64,000 nucleotides of DNA. It comes from Candidatus Babeliales bacterium (GTDB lineage: Bacteria; Babelota; Babeliae; Babelales; JBFXEV01). This document shows, piece by piece, positions 60,327-64,000 of the stretch; the stretch's first letter is position 1; the number at the start of each line of letters is the position of its first letter. The notes beneath the pieces are model-generated. The model had not been told where the DNA came from, ran no database searches, and was given only the letters and a program-made list of their open reading frames with translations. Location: positions 297,994-361,993 of the forward strand of contig JBFXEV010000001.1 of the NCBI GenBank assembly GCA_050179755.1, in the 5' to 3' direction. The translations under genes were made by a program, and so were the position numbers.

Positions 60327-61174
60327 ATATTCGTGTTATAGCTATTATTAGCTGCCTATTGCCAATCTGGATGACCGCTCAAACACATACGGAAGATACC
60401 TTACAAAAAATTGCTAATGTCATCAATAGTATAAAAAAGCAGGAATTCACAGCTAATGAGCAAGAAACAATGGATAAGCTTACTGAGTGGCGTACAAAAT
60501 TGAGCAAAGATGAAACAATCATAGGCAATTACAGCATTTCACATATGGCACGAATCATCAGCATTCCTCACAAGCCATGGGGGCAAATTTTATTGAAGCT
60601 CACCAACGAGTTTCAATCTAAAATGATGCTAGAAATTGGTACCTGCATTGGAATGTCTGCTGCATATCTTGCAGCCGGAGCTCCTCAGGGTAAAATGCTT
60701 ACTTATGAAAATTTTGCGCCTATTGTTCCATTAGCTGAAGATACACTCTCATATGCAGGGGTTTCAAACGTTGAAATTTTGCTTGGTGATGTGGCAACAC
60801 TACTTAAAAATACAGTTTCAAAGGTTGACCCAATTGATTTTGTATTTGATGATCATATACATACAGAAAGGCCTGTACTTGAATATTTTAATATTATTTC
60901 ACCTTACTTAGCAGACCAAGCAGTTTATTTATTTGATGATATTATGCGCAATCCGAGCATGGAATCAGCATGGAATAAAATAAAGAATGATCCACGAGTA
61001 TCTATTGGGGTGACTCTGACACAAGGTATTTGCTATCATGATTTTGATCATGCAGTGCCTCGTCTAGGTATTTGCATTATTGATAATAAAATAAAAGAAA
61101 AATACTATATAGACATTAATCTAGATCGCTGTAATAATGTAAGCGTACAAAACAATCAATTAATACTAAATTGA
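60323..61174 (+). CDS. Class I SAM methyltransferase with signal peptide (paralogue of 44708)
   Basis: LEIGTCIGMS, IDFVFDDHIH, LFDDI..N.SMESAW. Confidence 0.85.
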   Translation: MNIRVIAIISCLLPIWMTAQTHTEDTLQKIANVINSIKKQEFTANEQETMDKLTEWRTKLSKDETIIGNYSISHMARIISIPHKPWGQILLKLTNEFQSKMMLEIGTCIGMSAAYLAAGAPQGKMLTYENFAPIVPLAEDTLSYAGVSNVEILLGDVATLLKNTVSKVDPIDFVFDDHIHTERPVLEYFNIISPYLADQAVYLFDDIMRNPSMESAWNKIKNDPRVSIGVTLTQGICYHDFDHAVPRLGICIIDNKIKEKYYIDINLDRCNNVSVQNNQLILN

Positions 61175-61207
61175 ACAAAATTTATTTAAGCACAACAATC
61201 AAAATAC

Positions 61208-61248
61208 TTTAAAATGGGAGTGAATGTATAATTCCTCCCATTTTAAAA
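61208..61248. terminator. Bidirectional hairpin terminator
   Basis: tttaaaatgggag...ctcccattttaaa. Confidence 0.65.
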
Positions 61249-61258
61249 TTTATACTTG

Positions 61259-62143
61259 TTACTTCCATAAAGCTGAAAAATGATGGATTGCCATTGTTTC
61301 TTTTTGCACCCATTTATACGGACCATCAGCCTTTTTACCCCAAGCATAGAAATAATTTTGTGGGAAAATTACATTAATGCCTTCACAATTTGCAAGCATT
61401 CTTTTTATTGTATTACCAAAATAAAATACACCGTTTCTATGAAATTGTTTTTTTTCATGAATAAAATTGTGCATGTCCTCAATAAGTGCCTTCAAAATTG
61501 GATGACCTTTACTAGAACCTATCAAGGCATTACAACAAGTTAATTTATCACCTTTCTCACAATCACGTAACCAGTTAAGCTCATGAATACCAGTGTAGAA
61601 ATCACACCAATGATGTAATAAATCAAATGGCTTAAGACACTCAAAGTCTACGTCAACGTACAATCCACCAAACCGATAGAGAATTTCATAACGCCAAATA
61701 TTTGCTTTTTCACCATAATTGGCTGCATTCTTAAATGATTCCTTGTTAAAGATATCAAAGGCTTCAAGATCCTCGTCAGTCCATAATTTAAATTCCCAAT
61801 CAGGATGCAATTCAATCCATGTCATTTGCAATTTTTTTAACTTTTCAGGCAAAGGGCTCCCTAACCAAATTTGATGAATTATTTTGGGAATTGTAACTTC
61901 TTTGCAACACTTAAATGGCTTTTTATCTTTACTAATGCGATTTACTTGTTGAGTATAAATATGTTTCAATAACTGCATATCATCAGAAGTATATGGATTA
62001 TTATTTAATAAATCATAATAATAATCTTCAAATACCGTAAACATAGCCTGATCAAAATCTTCTAAATAATATAAGTCAAAATTAAAACCATTAACCTCAC
62101 CGCTTAAAATAAACAGCAAGCTTAAAAAAAATTGTTTATTCAT
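61259..62143 (-). CDS. GT32 glycosyltransferase with signal peptide (paralogue of 43116)
   Basis: IPKIIHQIWLG, RYEILYRFGGLYVDVDFECLKP. Confidence 0.9.
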   Translation of the reverse strand: MNKQFFLSLLFILSGEVNGFNFDLYYLEDFDQAMFTVFEDYYYDLLNNNPYTSDDMQLLKHIYTQQVNRISKDKKPFKCCKEVTIPKIIHQIWLGSPLPEKLKKLQMTWIELHPDWEFKLWTDEDLEAFDIFNKESFKNAANYGEKANIWRYEILYRFGGLYVDVDFECLKPFDLLHHWCDFYTGIHELNWLRDCEKGDKLTCCNALIGSSKGHPILKALIEDMHNFIHEKKQFHRNGVFYFGNTIKRMLANCEGINVIFPQNYFYAWGKKADGPYKWVQKETMAIHHFSALWK

Positions 62144-62163
62144 AGCTGCTCCCTTCCTGTGCC

Positions 62164-63381
62164 CTATTTATTTAAAAATTCATAAAATATTTTTACTAAA
62201 TTCTTTGCTTGTTTTTTAGAATTAAAATTTTCAACTATTTGCTTTCGACCAGCTTTGCCCATCTTTGGCCATAATTCTGGATGTAAGATCAGATATTTGA
62301 TCTTTTCTGCAAGTGCAATTACATTTTTTTCTTCTACTAAAAGCCCGGTAATGCCATCTTGCACTAATTCAGGAATACCACTATGGTATGTACTAATTAT
62401 TGGCATGCCAACCGCCATTGCTTCCATCATAGATACTGGAATGCCCTCTTTATCACCATCAGAGCTTGTTACTGAAGGGGCAAGCAAAATGTGGCTGGAT
62501 TGCATCAATTCCCTTACTTCTGCTTGCGTTTTACTACCAAGTAAATGAATTTTGTCTGAAACCTCTAATTTTAAAATTAGCTCTTTCATTAGTGCCATAA
62601 GTGGCCCATCTCCAATAATGTTATATTCAATATTAGTATATTTTTGCGCTATACTTGCAAATGCTTTTATTGCATATTCAATTCCCTTCTTTTCAATAAA
62701 ACGAGCACAGGTTAAAAATTGTATCGTCTCCCCTTCTTTATAATGGCGCTCTTTAAAATCAAATGCTTGGCAGTCAACCCCTAAATAATGCACTCTAATT
62801 TGGTGCGCATCATAACCAAGTCCGACTAATTTTTCTCTCCAATGATTACAAATAGGTAGCGCTAAATCTAGGTAATTAAACAGATTATCATACAGGTGAA
62901 TATCGTTGTCTAAATTACAACTCATATCAACACCATGGAATATAGTAAACAGCGGGGCATTTATGGCGTATTTTTGCTTCAATTCATAGCCTAAATAGCC
63001 GCGATGCCCAAAATGACAGAGTATTATATCAAACGAATACTTTGAAAAAAAATCTTGCTTTTTACTTTTAGAATCATCATGATAGATAACGCGCTCTGCA
63101 AGTTTAAAGTCAACAAATGCATCATGCACTAAATCATCTTCCTTTTTAACTGCATATATACGTACATCATGACCTAATTCAAGTAAATCAATCACTTGAT
63201 TTAATATAAAAGTCTCAGATAATTTAGGAAAATAACTAACTACCATCAAAATTCGTAATGATTGATTGGTCGTTGATGGGGCTGTGATACATCGTGAGTA
63301 GACGCATAAAACCCAAAGCACGCAGCATAAAATTCTTGCAAAATATAGTATAGGCATAACTCTCCGCAGTCGTATACTCAA
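62164..63381 (-). CDS. GT4 glycosyltransferase (WcaL-like) with signal peptide
   Basis: FPKLSETFILNQ, FHGVD, ARFIEKKG, DKEGIPVSMMEAMA. Confidence 0.92.
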   Translation of the reverse strand: MSIRLRRVMPILYFARILCCVLWVLCVYSRCITAPSTTNQSLRILMVVSYFPKLSETFILNQVIDLLELGHDVRIYAVKKEDDLVHDAFVDFKLAERVIYHDDSKSKKQDFFSKYSFDIILCHFGHRGYLGYELKQKYAINAPLFTIFHGVDMSCNLDNDIHLYDNLFNYLDLALPICNHWREKLVGLGYDAHQIRVHYLGVDCQAFDFKERHYKEGETIQFLTCARFIEKKGIEYAIKAFASIAQKYTNIEYNIIGDGPLMALMKELILKLEVSDKIHLLGSKTQAEVRELMQSSHILLAPSVTSSDGDKEGIPVSMMEAMAVGMPIISTYHSGIPELVQDGITGLLVEEKNVIALAEKIKYLILHPELWPKMGKAGRKQIVENFNSKKQAKNLVKIFYEFLNK

Positions 63382-63505
63382 TTATTTCTCATATTCAGAA
63401 TATAATAGAACAAGTTCAAATAACAATGAATTAAAAAAATTATAGAAGTATTCTTTATTTATAACCCCCAGTAATCAACCTTTGTTACGGAAATTTATAT
63501 TATCC

Positions 63506-64000
63506 TTATGTCTTATTTTTTGTAATAAGTGCATATTCAAAAAAATTAATCAATTGCGCATTTTGCTTTTCAAGATTAAATTCTTCTTCTATTCGTGCTC
63601 TGCCTGCCTTGCCCATAACACGCCATAGCTCAGGATGCTCTATCAAATACTCCATCTTTTCACTGAGTGCATTTACATCTTTTTCTGGTACTAAAAAGCC
63701 GGTAATCTTATCTTGCACAAGCTCAGGTATACCACTATGATAGGTGCTAATTACTGGCAAGCCCCTTGCCATTGCTTCCATTATTGAAACTGGTATTCCT
63801 TCTTCATTACCATTTCTAGAAGTAATTGAAGGAGCTAAAAAAATATGCCCTTTACTTGCTAACTCATGTAATTCTTCTTGTGTTTTATTTCCAAGAAAAT
63901 GAATGTTTTGCGTAATATTAAGGGATTTCGCAAGTGCCTCGATACTTGCTTTACAGGGCCCGTCTCCAATTAATATATACTCAATATTGGGATATTTTTT
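63506..64000 (-). CDS. GT4 glycosyltransferase, C-terminal part (gene starts beyond the window)
   Basis: Frame open to the window end: IGDGP...APSITSRNGNEEGIPVSIMEAMARGLPVIST. Confidence 0.9.
   Translation of the reverse strand, partial: KKYPNIEYILIGDGPCKASIEALAKSLNITQNIHFLGNKTQEELHELASKGHIFLAPSITSRNGNEEGIPVSIMEAMARGLPVISTYHSGIPELVQDKITGFLVPEKDVNALSEKMEYLIEHPELWRVMGKAGRARIEEEFNLEKQNAQLINFFEYALITKNKT

Noticed and set aside
59139..63381. Calling the GT4 genes wcaL, i.e. a colanic acid locus
   Set aside because: Family resemblance only; none of the other wca/wz genes are present

Overview
Bacterial chromosome segment read in the standard genetic code. It is most consistent with an intracellular Candidatus Dependentiae (TM6/Babeliae)-like organism; this is an inference from the many short signal-peptide ankyrin proteins, orphan secreted proteins and the archaeal-type ValRS. 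The first ~41 kb is mostly core genome: ftsH-like, ftsQAZ, rlmB, a deoxynucleoside kinase, tyrS, valS, ybeY, a type II secretion gspF-G-H-I-J-K block followed by an MCE/MlaD gene, yifB/comM, acpS, tRNA-fMet and a two-domain S1 protein. Two RelE-type toxin-antitoxin pairs and many secreted hypotheticals are interspersed. From ~41.2 kb to the window end lies an AT-richer glycosylation island: 4 GT32, 3 GT2, 3 GT4 plus a GT4 pseudogene, a GT47/exostosin, 2 GT-A proteins of unclear family, a pyruvyltransferase, 2 methyltransferases, a eukaryote-type NRS/ER rhamnose enzyme, UDP-glucose dehydrogenase, and a kinase/pseudokinase pair. The main finding is that almost every full-length enzyme in this island carries an N-terminal Sec-type signal peptide, including the normally cytoplasmic NAD(P)-dependent nucleotide-sugar enzymes, and no flippase, polymerase or exporter is visible. 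This suggests an exported, possibly host-directed, glycosylation system. Other notable items are a near-identical deleted duplicate of the S1 gene bracketing ~4.5 kb of the island, an in-frame palindromic insertion in a CDS, a catalytically dead site-2 protease homologue, and several pseudo-enzymes. All calls come from reading motifs by eye; no database search or signal-peptide predictor was run.
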